Shown piece by piece: positions 18,987-29,265 of a DNA stretch of 64,000 nucleotides. The notes under the pieces were generated by a model that made no database searches, was not told where the DNA came from, and saw nothing but the letters and a program-made list of their open reading frames with translations. Numbering within the stretch: the stretch's first letter is position 1; the number at the start of each line of letters is the position of its first letter. The DNA comes from an uncultured Prevotellaceae bacterium (GTDB lineage: Bacteria; Bacteroidota; Bacteroidia; Bacteroidales; Bacteroidaceae), in the NCBI GenBank assembly GCA_902768105.1, contig CACXJZ010000005.1, forward strand, positions 3,052-67,051, given 5' to 3'. The translations under genes and the position numbers were made by a program.

Positions 18987-21900
18987 TTAGCCATTAGCCT
19001 TTGCCGTGGTACACAGATTCACCAGATAGATAATGCTCATATACGGAATGCCCGTGTTGGCTTCCAGACCAATCTCGCAGGTGCGACTATTCGAGTAGCC
19101 CACTTCAATATGGTTTTTCTCTATCTGTGGACGGAGTTTCCGTAGTGCATAACGGTTCATCTCGGGGAAAGTAAAGCCCCTGTCACCGGCAAAGCCGCAA
19201 CATCCGACGCCCTCAGGCAGATAAACATTGTTGGAACAGAGCTTTGCCAATGCTATCATATCCTTGTCAACACCCATCTGACGTGTCGAACAGGTCAGGT
19301 GCAGGGCGATATGTTTATCTGTTGGATGGAAGTCCAGGCGGTCTTTCAAGTATGTCATAATGAACTCGGCAGGCTCGTACAATTTCATCTTCTTCATCAC
19401 CTTCTTCATCCTGTGCAGACAGGGACTCTGTGCACAGAGCACCGGATACTTTCCCTGCTCCGAAGCTTTCCAGAGGGCAGCCTCCAGTTCAGCACTCTTG
19501 CGGTCGGCAATATCGAGCATACCTTTCGACTCCCATATCTGGCCGCAGCACATACGCTCCATGCCTTCAGGGAAGATGACCTCATAGCCAGCCTTTGCCA
19601 TCAGCTGAATGACCTCATCGACAAGGGCATGCTTGACCTTCGCTTCTTTCGACAGTCCCATCGTCTGGTTGATGCAGCTGGGGAAATAGACGACCTTGAG
19701 GTCGGTGTTGGGTGACGGATGCTGGCTGTTGGTGGGTAATGATTTCTCTATGATAAACTGTGTGAGGTCCGACTTCTTCGGCTGTCTCTTCTTCTTGGGC
19801 ATAGCAGTGGTCCAGAGAGGCAGACCAGCTTTGTTCATGGTGCGGCAGACGCTCGTCATCAGCGTAGGACCAAGCGTAACGTGTCCGAGATGAGCCACGT
19901 CGAGCACCACGCGCAGTCCCGACTTGATGCCAGCCATGTGGTTGGCAGCAAACTCTCCAACCTGATAGCCCAGCTTTGAGTGATTCATGTCCATCTGCCG
20001 GATGAGGTGCGTCAGTTCGCCCGTGTTGATCTTCATCGGGCACGACGTCGAACACAGTCCGTCAGTAGCACACGTCTGGTCACCATAGTATTTGTATTGT
20101 TTCTTCAACGTAGCCAATCGTACAGGATTCTCTCCAGTCTTCGTCAGATGGCGTATCTCGCGCTGTACGGCAATACGCATTCTCGACGACAGCGTCAGAC
20201 CGCACGACATACAGTTTACCTCGCAGAAACCACACTCTATGCACTTGTTGGCACGTTTCACCTGCTCAATGGTTTCCTTCGCCGTCGATAGCGTTGGGTC
20301 CATCAGATACTTTCCACCATCTGACACGCTGTCAAAATCATAGTCCAGTACGGGCAGAGGTTTCAGGCACTTGATGAAGCAGTCAGGATCGTCATTGAAG
20401 ATAACACCTTGGTTCAGAAGTCCTTCGGGGTCAAAGATCTGTTTCAGCTCCTTCATCACCTCGTATGCCTTCTCACCCCACTCGTACATCACGAACGGAG
20501 CCATGTTACGACCTGTTCCATGCTCGGCCTTCAGTGAGCCGTCGTACCCCTCAACAACCAATTTAGCCACCTCGCGCATCATCTCGGCATAGCGTGCCAC
20601 CTCATGCTCATCGGCAAAGCTTTGGTTCAGGATGAAGTGGTAGTTCCCCTCAAAAGCGTGACCATAGATGCAGGCATCATCGTACCCGTGGTCAGCAATA
20701 AGCTGCTGCAACTTCACCGTAGCCTCAGGCAGCGATTCAATGGGGAATGCCACGTCCTCAATCAGGCATGACGTGCCAACGGGACGTGTACCACCCACGC
20801 TGGGGAAGATGCCGCTACGGATAGCCCAATATTTGCCATACACCGCAGGGTCTTCGGTAAACTCCGCCGGTTGGTAAAGGCGGAACTGTCCTAGACATTC
20901 CTTGATACAGGAAATCTTCTCCAACAGCTGCTCGTGCGTCACAGCCTTCGTCTCCGTCAGGATGGCCGTTAGGTTATGATAATCGCCGGGTTCCACGCTT
21001 TCTATCCTGCCCGCATCCACATCCTTCTTGTATTGCAGGAACACAGGATCGTCAACTGAACTTAACGACTTGTAATCGAGCATCTCTGCACTCTTCACCA
21101 TCAGCTGCTCAGCGCTCATCTGCATGTCTTCACTACCAGCCTTCAGTTTCTTCATCGCCACAACAGCTTCACAGCTCTCCTTCATCGTCAGGAAATAGAC
21201 CATCGCCGAGGCCTTGAACGGATAGTCACGCAATGTACGCATGGTCACTTCCGACAGGAAAGCCAGCGTTCCCTCGCTACCCACCATCGAGTGAGCAATG
21301 ATATCGAACGGATCATCATAAGCCACCAGCGGTCGCAGGTTCAGACCTGTCACGTTCTTGATACTATACTTTTTTAATATACGCGCGCACAACTGCTCGT
21401 CATTCTTTACTTTATCACGTAGCGTCTCAATCTTGGCAATAAAGTCCGGATGGGTTTTGCGGAACTGTTCACGGCTCTCTACCGAACCGGTATCCAGAAC
21501 AGTACCGTCAGTCAGAATGATACGAGCTGAAAGTAGCATACGGTCGCTGTTGGCATGTACGCCGCAGTTCATGCCCGATGCATTATTGATGACTATGCCA
21601 CCCACCATCGCAGCACCTACTGATGCCGGGTCGGGTGGAAATACTCTTCCGTAGGGTTTAAGGATTTCATTCACCCGCGCACCTACGATGCCTGGCTGCA
21701 ACGTAATCATACTCGCATCGCCATTCAAGTTCCATTTCTCCCAATGCTTTCCTGCCACAATGAGCACCGAATCCGTACAACTCTGACCAGAGAGTGACGT
21801 GCCGGCAGCACGGAACGTAAACGGCAGCTTGTGCTTACGGCAAAGCTTGACAATACGCGATATTTCCTCTTCGCCGTCGCTGCGTACGACAACTTTTGGA

Positions 21901-22013
21901 ATCATTCGGTAGAAACTGGCATCCGTACCCCAGCCCAGCGTACGAAGCTCGTCAGTGTAGATACGGTCAGCTGGTAACAGCTGTCTCAATTCAGTCAAAA
22001 ATAGGTTTAGCAT
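18987..22013 (-). CDS. FAD-binding Fe-S D-lactate dehydrogenase (Dld-II type)
   Basis: FRAAGTSLSGQ FAD-binding region, AEHGTGR, CIECGFCEVNC 4Fe-4S motif, two CCG domains; divergent from lactate permease. Confidence 0.87.
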   Translation of the reverse strand: MLNLFLTELRQLLPADRIYTDELRTLGWGTDASFYRMIPKVVVRSDGEEEISRIVKLCRKHKLPFTFRAAGTSLSGQSCTDSVLIVAGKHWEKWNLNGDASMITLQPGIVGARVNEILKPYGRVFPPDPASVGAAMVGGIVINNASGMNCGVHANSDRMLLSARIILTDGTVLDTGSVESREQFRKTHPDFIAKIETLRDKVKNDEQLCARILKKYSIKNVTGLNLRPLVAYDDPFDIIAHSMVGSEGTLAFLSEVTMRTLRDYPFKASAMVYFLTMKESCEAVVAMKKLKAGSEDMQMSAEQLMVKSAEMLDYKSLSSVDDPVFLQYKKDVDAGRIESVEPGDYHNLTAILTETKAVTHEQLLEKISCIKECLGQFRLYQPAEFTEDPAVYGKYWAIRSGIFPSVGGTRPVGTSCLIEDVAFPIESLPEATVKLQQLIADHGYDDACIYGHAFEGNYHFILNQSFADEHEVARYAEMMREVAKLVVEGYDGSLKAEHGTGRNMAPFVMYEWGEKAYEVMKELKQIFDPEGLLNQGVIFNDDPDCFIKCLKPLPVLDYDFDSVSDGGKYLMDPTLSTAKETIEQVKRANKCIECGFCEVNCMSCGLTLSSRMRIAVQREIRHLTKTGENPVRLATLKKQYKYYGDQTCATDGLCSTSCPMKINTGELTHLIRQMDMNHSKLGYQVGEFAANHMAGIKSGLRVVLDVAHLGHVTLGPTLMTSVCRTMNKAGLPLWTTAMPKKKRQPKKSDLTQFIIEKSLPTNSQHPSPNTDLKVVYFPSCINQTMGLSKEAKVKHALVDEVIQLMAKAGYEVIFPEGMERMCCGQIWESKGMLDIADRKSAELEAALWKASEQGKYPVLCAQSPCLHRMKKVMKKMKLYEPAEFIMTYLKDRLDFHPTDKHIALHLTCSTRQMGVDKDMIALAKLCSNNVYLPEGVGCCGFAGDRGFTFPEMNRYALRKLRPQIEKNHIEVGYSNSRTCEIGLEANTGIPYMSIIYLVNLCTTAKANG

Positions 22014-22159
22014 AGCAGTATCCGGATTTTTAGTGATAATTTCTGGGTGTAAAGATACAAAAAGATGTTGAATATCTGAAATTTTATGGTAAAAAAGTAC
22101 GTCTGTTTAATTTTTTTTTCGTATATTTGCCCCAGAAACAACAAGCAACTAAGAATCCT

Positions 22160-23764
22160 ATGACAGCTCTTATCTCCGTAATCCCCATTATTTTGCTTAT
22201 CGTACTGATGATGGGTTTCAAAGTGTCAGGCTATAGAAGTGCGATTGTCACGTTAGCCGTAACCGTCCTGCTGGCTTTGTTCGCTGTGCCCTACATGGGC
22301 ATCACTCCAGAGAAATATGCCGATGCCACCATCTACGGCATTACCTTGTGGTCAGTCGTCGAAGGACTGCTGAAGGCCTGTTTCCCGATTATCCTCATTA
22401 TTATCTGCGCCATCTTCAGCTATAACATCCTTTGCGAGACAAAGGAGATAGAGACCATCAAGACGCAGTTCATCCAAATGACCTCCGACAAGGGACTGCT
22501 CGTGCTCCTGCTGACATGGGGTCTCGGTGGTGTGCTCGAAGGCATGGCAGGCTTCGGAACAGCCGTTGCCATTCCCGCTGCCATCCTCATCGGGCTAGGC
22601 TTTAAGCCGATGTTCTCTGCAGTCATCTGTCTGGTGGCAAACACGGTAGCCGTAGGCTTCGGTGCAGTGGGTTTGCCTGCCACGACGCTGGCCAATCAGG
22701 TAGCGGCTAGCGGCACAGCCACTCCTGAAGAACTCTGTGAGGTAGCCACATTTATCATCCTGCAGCTCGCTTTGATGTTCTACATTACGCCGTTCCTCAT
22801 CCTGATGATGACTGACCGCACGAAGATCATGAAGAACGTCACCATTGCCCTCTTCGTAGGCACCTGCTCCATCATCGTGCAGTTCTGCTGTGCCCACTTC
22901 ATCGGGCCCGAGACACCCGCCATCCTGGGTTCCGTAGCCGCCATTGCCGCCATGCTCCTCTATAACAAGCTCTTTCTGCGCCACGAGGCCGAAAAGGACA
23001 TGGTGCATGTAGAACGGAAGAAGTTCGGTGTTTCCAAGACCCTCAAGGCATGGAGCGTCTATGGACTCATCATCTTCTTCATTCTCATCAGTAGCAAGAT
23101 TGTGCCACCCATCAACGAATTGCTGAACGATACATTAGTAACAAAGTTCGAACTGCCCGTCATCGGCAACACCTTCAAGTTCGGCTGGCTCTCGAATGCC
23201 GGACTCATGATTTTCCTCGGTGCCGTCATCGGTGGGCTCATTCAGGGCATGAGCTTCGGCAAACTGCTGACGCTACTAGCCAAAACCACGCTCAACCTGC
23301 AGAAGACCGTTGTCACCATTTGCTGCCTGGTGGCGATGGCTATGCTGATGAACAACTGCGGAATGACCAACGATATTGCCAAAGGGCTGGTACTACTCAC
23401 CGGCTCGGCCTTCCCGTTCTTCGCACCCCTCATCGGCTCTATAGGCACGTTCGTTACGGGTAGTGCCACCAATGCCAACATCCTCTTCGGCAAACTGCAG
23501 GCAACGGCAGCCAGCGACCTGGGACTGGTCAATCAGGGCACATTCTTTGGAGTCAGTGGTAACGAGACCAACTGGCTGGCAGCAGCCAACTGTGCCGGCT
23601 CTGAGGGTGGTAAGTTGCTCTCACCACAGTCCATCGCCATTGCTACGGCAGCCTGCGACATGGAGGGTCAGGATGGTGATATCATGCGCAAGACCATGCC
23701 GTTTGCCATCTTCTGGATTCTCATGAACGGCCTCATGGTGTTCCTCGGACTACATGTCTTCTAA
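22160..23764 (+). CDS. lctP: L-lactate permease
   Basis: LEGMAGFGTAVAI, ANTVAVGFGAVG, GTFVTGSATNANILFG, GKLLSPQSIAIA. Confidence 0.92.
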   Translation: MTALISVIPIILLIVLMMGFKVSGYRSAIVTLAVTVLLALFAVPYMGITPEKYADATIYGITLWSVVEGLLKACFPIILIIICAIFSYNILCETKEIETIKTQFIQMTSDKGLLVLLLTWGLGGVLEGMAGFGTAVAIPAAILIGLGFKPMFSAVICLVANTVAVGFGAVGLPATTLANQVAASGTATPEELCEVATFIILQLALMFYITPFLILMMTDRTKIMKNVTIALFVGTCSIIVQFCCAHFIGPETPAILGSVAAIAAMLLYNKLFLRHEAEKDMVHVERKKFGVSKTLKAWSVYGLIIFFILISSKIVPPINELLNDTLVTKFELPVIGNTFKFGWLSNAGLMIFLGAVIGGLIQGMSFGKLLTLLAKTTLNLQKTVVTICCLVAMAMLMNNCGMTNDIAKGLVLLTGSAFPFFAPLIGSIGTFVTGSATNANILFGKLQATAASDLGLVNQGTFFGVSGNETNWLAAANCAGSEGGKLLSPQSIAIATAACDMEGQDGDIMRKTMPFAIFWILMNGLMVFLGLHVF

Positions 23765-23794
23765 GGGTAAAAAAGTAAAAAGGTAAAAAAGCAA
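23763..23794. repeat. 4 x 8-bp tandem repeat (AARRGYAA)
   Basis: aagggtaa aaaagtaa aaaggtaa aaaagcaa. Confidence 0.8.
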
Positions 23795-23798
23795 ATAA

Positions 23799-24536
23799 AT
23801 GAAGATAGGATTATTCATTCCCTGTTATGTCGATGCAGTATATCCTGAGGTAGGCGTTGCCACTTACAGACTGCTATGCCACTTGGGACTCGATGTAGAG
23901 TATCCTGAAAATCAGACTTGCTGCGGCCAGCCTATGGCCAATGCAGGTTTCGAGAGTCAGGCCGTGCCACTGGCAACCAAGTTCGAGGAGAAGTTCAAGG
24001 GCTTCGATTACGTGGTGGCGCCGTCTGTCAGTTGTACTGCCTTCATCCGCATCAACTACCCGCGCCTGCTTCATGGCAAGACGGAGTGCGAGACGGCAAA
24101 GAAATGCATGGATGTGGTGGAGTTCCTGCACGACGTGGTGAAGGTCAACCAACCGCTCGGCACCTTCCCCCACAAGGTCAGCTTGCACAACTCCTGTCAT
24201 GGTGTACGCGAGTTAGGGCTGTCGTCGCCCAGTGAAATGAACGTTCCCAAGTTCAACAAAATCAAGAACTTGCTGCAGTTAGTCGAGGGCATTGAGGTGG
24301 TAGAGCCTGAGCGTCCTGACGAGTGTTGCGGCTTCGGAGGCATGTTCTCTGTGGAGGAAACGGCCATCAGCGCCCAAATGGGCCTCGACAAGGTAGAGCG
24401 TCACATCCAGACGGGTGCCGAGTACATTACCGGCCCTGACTGCTCGTGCCTGATGCACATGGCTGGTGTTGCCCGTAAGCAAGGCCTGAAGATTGAGTTC
24501 AAGCACGTAGTGGAGATTCTGGCCGCAGGACTGTAA
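23799..24536 (+). CDS. lutA: Lactate utilisation protein A (LldE)
   Basis: QTCCGQP, HNSCH, ECCGFGG, DCSCLMH. Confidence 0.9.
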   Translation: MKIGLFIPCYVDAVYPEVGVATYRLLCHLGLDVEYPENQTCCGQPMANAGFESQAVPLATKFEEKFKGFDYVVAPSVSCTAFIRINYPRLLHGKTECETAKKCMDVVEFLHDVVKVNQPLGTFPHKVSLHNSCHGVRELGLSSPSEMNVPKFNKIKNLLQLVEGIEVVEPERPDECCGFGGMFSVEETAISAQMGLDKVERHIQTGAEYITGPDCSCLMHMAGVARKQGLKIEFKHVVEILAAGL

Positions 24537-24560
24537 ATTGTAAATTGTTAAATTGTAAAT
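24534..24560. repeat. (TAAATTG)n tandem repeat overlapping the lutA stop
   Basis: taaattg taaattg t taaattg taaat. Confidence 0.8.
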
Positions 24561-24564
24561 ATCA

Positions 24565-25935
24565 ATGTCAACACAACATAGCAAGAAAGCCGCAGTGTTC
24601 TTGAAGAACAAGACCTATGCAAAGTGGCACGACACCACATTCTGGGCTGTACGCACCAAGCGTGACAACATGGCGCAAGAGCTCGACGAATGGGAACAGC
24701 TACGCGAGAAAGCGTCAGCCATCAAACGTCACACCATCACCCACCTCGACGAGTATGTAGAGCAGTTTGCCACCAATGCCGAGAAGAACGGCGTCATTGT
24801 CCATTGGGCGAAGGATGCCAAGGAGTTCAACCAAATAGTCTATGACATTCTCAGGAAGCACGACGTGAAGAAACTGGTGAAATCAAAGTCTATGCTCACA
24901 GAAGAGTGTGAGATGAACCCCTATCTCGAATCACACGGCATCGAGGTGGTTGAGACGGACCTCGGTGAACGTATCATCCAACTGAAGGGACAGAAACCGA
25001 GTCACATCGTCATGCCAGCCATTCACCTGAACCACGATGACGTGGGTAAACTATTTGAAGAGAAAGGTATCTCAAAAGAGAAGGGCAACCACGACCCCAC
25101 GTACCTTACTTATATGGCACGCCTGTCGCTGCGTAACGAGTTCCTGACGGCCGACGCAGGCATGACAGGTGCCAATTTCGGCATTGCCGAGACGGGCGAT
25201 ATCGTGGTATGCACCAACGAGGGTAATGCCGACATGTCCACATCGTGCCCCAAGTTGCATATCGCTGCCATCGGACTCGAGAAGGTCATCCCCAACTACG
25301 ATTGTCTGGCCGTCTTCCAGCGCATGCTCTGCCGTGCCGGTACAGGTCAGCCTACCACCACCTACACCTCACACTTCCGCAAGGCACGTCCTACGGCTAA
25401 GGAGATGCACATCATCCTCGTCGATAACGGACGATCAGAGTGGATAGGCAATCCCGACCACTGGGAGGTGTTAAAGTGCATCCGCTGCGGCTCATGCATG
25501 AACACATGCCCCGTCTATCGACGCTCGGGAGGCTACTCCTACAGCTACTTCATCCCAGGGCCTGTGGGCATCAATCTTGGTATGCTACGTAACCCTTTGC
25601 TGCACTCCGGTAACGTCTCTGCTTGCACGCTCTGTCTGAGCTGTCAGACGGTATGTCCAGTGAAGATTGACTTGGGCGACCAAGTATATAAGTGGCGCCA
25701 GAAGCTCGACCGTCTCGGTACAGCCAATTCTGAGAAGAAGATGATGTGTCGTGGCATGAACGTGCTATTCGGCTCTCCTGCCCTCTACAAGGCAGCCACA
25801 GCCGTATCGCCTGTAGCTAATGTCATTCCACCATTCTTGATGAACCTCTCCATCAACCCGTGGGCCGAAGGTCACGAAATGATGAAGTTCCCCAGAAAAC
25901 CATTCCACTCTATTATAAAGGAAATAAAGAAATGA
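24565..25935 (+). CDS. lutB: Lactate utilisation protein B (LldF)
   Basis: KSKSMLTEE, ETDLGE, TNEGN, CIRCGSCMNTCPVY. Confidence 0.92.
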   Translation: MSTQHSKKAAVFLKNKTYAKWHDTTFWAVRTKRDNMAQELDEWEQLREKASAIKRHTITHLDEYVEQFATNAEKNGVIVHWAKDAKEFNQIVYDILRKHDVKKLVKSKSMLTEECEMNPYLESHGIEVVETDLGERIIQLKGQKPSHIVMPAIHLNHDDVGKLFEEKGISKEKGNHDPTYLTYMARLSLRNEFLTADAGMTGANFGIAETGDIVVCTNEGNADMSTSCPKLHIAAIGLEKVIPNYDCLAVFQRMLCRAGTGQPTTTYTSHFRKARPTAKEMHIILVDNGRSEWIGNPDHWEVLKCIRCGSCMNTCPVYRRSGGYSYSYFIPGPVGINLGMLRNPLLHSGNVSACTLCLSCQTVCPVKIDLGDQVYKWRQKLDRLGTANSEKKMMCRGMNVLFGSPALYKAATAVSPVANVIPPFLMNLSINPWAEGHEMMKFPRKPFHSIIKEIKK

Positions 25936-26519
25936 GTAGCAAAGAAGATATACTGAAGAGGCTTCGCGAAAACGTACGCGAGAAGTACGATATGCCGTCA
26001 CTCGATGACATCAACGCCGTCAACTACCCCGACCCGCTGGAGCAGTTTATGAAGATGAGCGAGAGCGTGGGTGGACGGGTGTTGCTGGTGGGCAGAGACC
26101 ATGACGTCAACGTACTCATTCGCAAGCTGTTTCCTGATGCCAAGGAAATTGCCTCGAACTTGCCGGAAATATGCATCAACACACGCAACCCAGACACCGT
26201 GGCAGAGGCAAGCGACCTCAACGGCACCGACATAGGCATCGTACGTGGTATGTTCGGTGTGGCAGAGAACGGCTGCGTCTGGGTGCCTCAGCAGATGAAG
26301 GAGCGTGCCGTCTGCTTCATCTCAGAGCACCTCGTCATCCTGCTGCCGAAAAGCGAGATTGTCAACAACATGCACGAGGCCTATAGGCAAATTGAGTTCA
26401 ACGACTACGGCTACGGCACGTTCATCAGCGGACCGTCGAAGACGGCCGACATTGCCCAGGTGCTGGTGATGGGTGCCCAAGCTGCACGCAGCGTTACGGT
26501 GCTACTGATGCCGGAATAA
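25932..26519 (+). CDS. lutC: Lactate utilisation protein C (LUD domain, LldG)
   Basis: FISGPSKTADI; ATGA overlap with lutB. Confidence 0.9.
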   Translation: MSSKEDILKRLRENVREKYDMPSLDDINAVNYPDPLEQFMKMSESVGGRVLLVGRDHDVNVLIRKLFPDAKEIASNLPEICINTRNPDTVAEASDLNGTDIGIVRGMFGVAENGCVWVPQQMKERAVCFISEHLVILLPKSEIVNNMHEAYRQIEFNDYGYGTFISGPSKTADIAQVLVMGAQAARSVTVLLMPE

Positions 26520-26564
26520 GACCCCACCAAACCTCCCCTGTTTAGGGGAGGCTTAGGGCAGGGG
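26518..26564 (+). mobile_element. Intergenic copy of the palindromic element
   Basis: aagaccccaccaaacctcccctgtttaggggaggctt...; stem cctcccct/aggggagg; close match to reverse complement of 56012-56047. Confidence 0.8.
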
Positions 26565-26585
26565 CGCAGAAAGCAAAGAAGGTGG

Positions 26586-28223
26586 TCAACGGACCACCTT
26601 CTTTGTTATGTTGCCTTGTTTGATGATGATGACTCCCCGGGCAGAAGCGTCAACCTCGCGACCAGAAAGGTCGAAGTAACGCAGCGGAACATCGCCGTCG
26701 ACGCGGACATCCTCAATGTCCGATGTCCAGTTGGCATTGTTCTCCTTGGTCAGCGAAATATTGCTGCCGTCTATGGTCAGAATACAGCTATTGTTGTTAT
26801 CCTCGTGACAACGGATGGGCTGCCAGTCGGTCTCATCGACGTGCTTCGAGGCTGCATAGATTCTGTAGGAACCATCCGCCAAACTTGCAAAGCTAACGCC
26901 AGTGTATTGGAAATTATATCCACTGAGATATTCTACAGGACCTATATCGTCTGCATCCAACACGGTCAGCAGCTGGGTTGATAAGTTCTGGGCTAAAATT
27001 CCAACCTGACCCGTAAATGCGTTATAGTCGAAATTAAAGGCTCTGAACGAGGCATTGAGCGTTGATCCTTGCTTCTTCGTAATTATAATATCACCATCTA
27101 TTCCCCAATACGACTGATAGGGTACAATAACATCATTTTTACGGACGAGTACCATCTCCTGACCAGTAGTGTAACCATTCAGGCTAGCAATGTCGAACCA
27201 GCCGTCCTGACTGCCTTCCCACCCCCAGTTAACGTGTACCTTACCGTCCTCATCATAGCCATCGAGTACAAATTCATGACCTCCATCAGCACGTTGTGCA
27301 CCATAAAGTACGGGACAACCATCGTTCAGTTCGGCAAAAATCTTTTCCATCCATTCCTCATTGGGGAAATAGGTACGCCAATAGAAATGCATATTCTCAT
27401 TGTAGTAGAATCTTTTGCGCAGAGCATCTACAGCATCGCTTGTAAAGGCACCACTACCACTTTTGGTATATTGCATATTCACAGAATAACCACAATGCTT
27501 CATCAGCAATGCAACAGCATCTCCCTGCTCTGGAGTATAGTTGACTCCCTTATATATGGGAAGCATTTTATCCCAAGCATAAGGAGTCTTAGCCAAGTTA
27601 TCACTCAGTTTGGTCGAGACCTGACTACCTTCAGGCGTAAAATAGTAAGAAATAGTACCCTTACCTTTTTCCGGATGCTTATAGTAATACATGATCTGCG
27701 CCATAGCCGTAGCCACACAGCCCGTCACGTAGTGTACCTCTTTCTTCCCATCTTGATAGGTCGGTGTCATATTGTTATAGGGTGTACCCTGCCCCCATTG
27801 TGTCTCCATCAAGAATTCAACGCTGGAAGGGAAAAGCGGACCTTCCGGACGTACGGTTTCCATCTTAAGACCACGCTCTTTATTATATTCAAGCTGCTTA
27901 TTGATAGTTTCAAGCCACCACAGGTAACCAGGAGCAACATTTTCTACATCATACTCGTTGGTTGAATAGCCCAACACTGCCTCAAACTCGTCATCATTGG
28001 CAATGACAGCAAACCCCACTTTTCCACCAATAACGGTCAGTTGCGTGCAACGCTGAATAACATCCAACGAGGCATTGGCAATAGCACGTCGTTGCTGACC
28101 ACTTTCAGCATGATTTTGTAACGTCTGCCGAGCAGCCAGCATAAGCTGCTCCAGCGTACGATCCTTAGCAGAAACAGACAATGTGACAGCTAAAAGGATA
28201 AGAAATAGAGATAGCTTTTTCAT
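26586..28223 (-). CDS. C10 (streptopain/interpain-like) cysteine peptidase with T9SS C-terminal domain
   Basis: Signal peptide, prodomain, WGQGTPYN, GCVATAMAQ, GHEFVLDGY, HVNWGW; C-terminus YFDLSGR...KKVVR. Confidence 0.9.
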   Translation of the reverse strand: MKKLSLFLILLAVTLSVSAKDRTLEQLMLAARQTLQNHAESGQQRRAIANASLDVIQRCTQLTVIGGKVGFAVIANDDEFEAVLGYSTNEYDVENVAPGYLWWLETINKQLEYNKERGLKMETVRPEGPLFPSSVEFLMETQWGQGTPYNNMTPTYQDGKKEVHYVTGCVATAMAQIMYYYKHPEKGKGTISYYFTPEGSQVSTKLSDNLAKTPYAWDKMLPIYKGVNYTPEQGDAVALLMKHCGYSVNMQYTKSGSGAFTSDAVDALRKRFYYNENMHFYWRTYFPNEEWMEKIFAELNDGCPVLYGAQRADGGHEFVLDGYDEDGKVHVNWGWEGSQDGWFDIASLNGYTTGQEMVLVRKNDVIVPYQSYWGIDGDIIITKKQGSTLNASFRAFNFDYNAFTGQVGILAQNLSTQLLTVLDADDIGPVEYLSGYNFQYTGVSFASLADGSYRIYAASKHVDETDWQPIRCHEDNNNSCILTIDGSNISLTKENNANWTSDIEDVRVDGDVPLRYFDLSGREVDASARGVIIIKQGNITKKVVR

Positions 28224-28245
28224 ATAATTTGTATTAAGACGATTA

Positions 28246-28279
28246 AAGAGGAAAGGCAATTTTACATGCCTTTCCTCTT
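28246..28279 (-). terminator. Hairpin between lipoprotein and C10 peptidase genes
   Basis: aagaggaaaggca/tgcctttcctctt 13-bp stem; weak U-tract. Confidence 0.55.
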
Positions 28280-28299
28280 ATGAAGTACATATTCAAGAG

Positions 28300-29226
28300 T
28301 TACTGTTTGATGAGCTTAATCTTACCATAACGCTCCCACCAACCAGCACCTGGCTGATAGAACCAAAGATAAGAACCTTCAGACCAGTCATCAACCATCG
28401 TTTCTTCCCAAACAATTTCAGTCGGGAAGCTATCGCCCTCACCGAGAGTCCACACTGCAGTGAGATCCTCGTCAGAAAGGTCTGTACCAACGTTCTTATA
28501 CCAAGTCCACTGGTAATCAGTGCTGTAGCTTGAAACAAGTTCACCCATGACGAAGCCCAAAGTACCCTTCTTTGTAGCAGTATCAAACGAATAGTTGAAA
28601 TGCCACTGGAAGTTCAGCGCTACACCGACATTCAGGAACGAGTTACCAGTAACAGTCAGTACCTTTTCATAGTCGGGGTCTTCTTCGTCAGACGGACCAG
28701 TGATAGTGATTGTACGTTCAACAGGAGCACCCTCTGAATCGATGGCAGAGAATGTCCACTTACCATAGAACTTCTCAAAGAACGCAGCATCGTTGTCACG
28801 AAGTACAACAACAACCTCATCATTTACCAACTGAGCGCCTTGGAGGTTGACTATCTTCAGTTTAAACATACGAGCCTCATTGATTTCGCTGTTATCGATA
28901 GTCTTAATCTCTACCTTCAGCGCATCAGACGATGTAGTATCATTGAGCAGCGTAAGCGTCTTACCTGTGATCATAAAGTCCTTGTCTTCAGTTGCGGGAT
29001 TCTCACCAGCAGCAAGAACCTCAATTTGGAACTTTATATCACCATTGCGTTTTCCTTCAATTGCGATGGGAACATTGAAGAAACCTGTACTCTCCTTTAC
29101 CTTGATGGTGTCACTTGTAAAACCAACTGTAGTGCCAGTTTCTGAATTGTATGTAGCATCATCACTCGAACAAGAAGCGATGAGCACAGCAGCAACCATC
29201 AACATGAAAAATTTGATATATTTCAT
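28300..29226 (-). CDS. Surface lipoprotein with Calx-beta/Ig-like domain, downstream of SusD
   Basis: Lipobox LIASC followed by SSDD; beta-rich Calx-beta-like pattern. Confidence 0.7.
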   Translation of the reverse strand: MKYIKFFMLMVAAVLIASCSSDDATYNSETGTTVGFTSDTIKVKESTGFFNVPIAIEGKRNGDIKFQIEVLAAGENPATEDKDFMITGKTLTLLNDTTSSDALKVEIKTIDNSEINEARMFKLKIVNLQGAQLVNDEVVVVLRDNDAAFFEKFYGKWTFSAIDSEGAPVERTITITGPSDEEDPDYEKVLTVTGNSFLNVGVALNFQWHFNYSFDTATKKGTLGFVMGELVSSYSTDYQWTWYKNVGTDLSDEDLTAVWTLGEGDSFPTEIVWEETMVDDWSEGSYLWFYQPGAGWWERYGKIKLIKQ

Positions 29227-29265
29227 ATTCTCTTTTCTCTTTAATGTTTAATGAATAATCTTACA

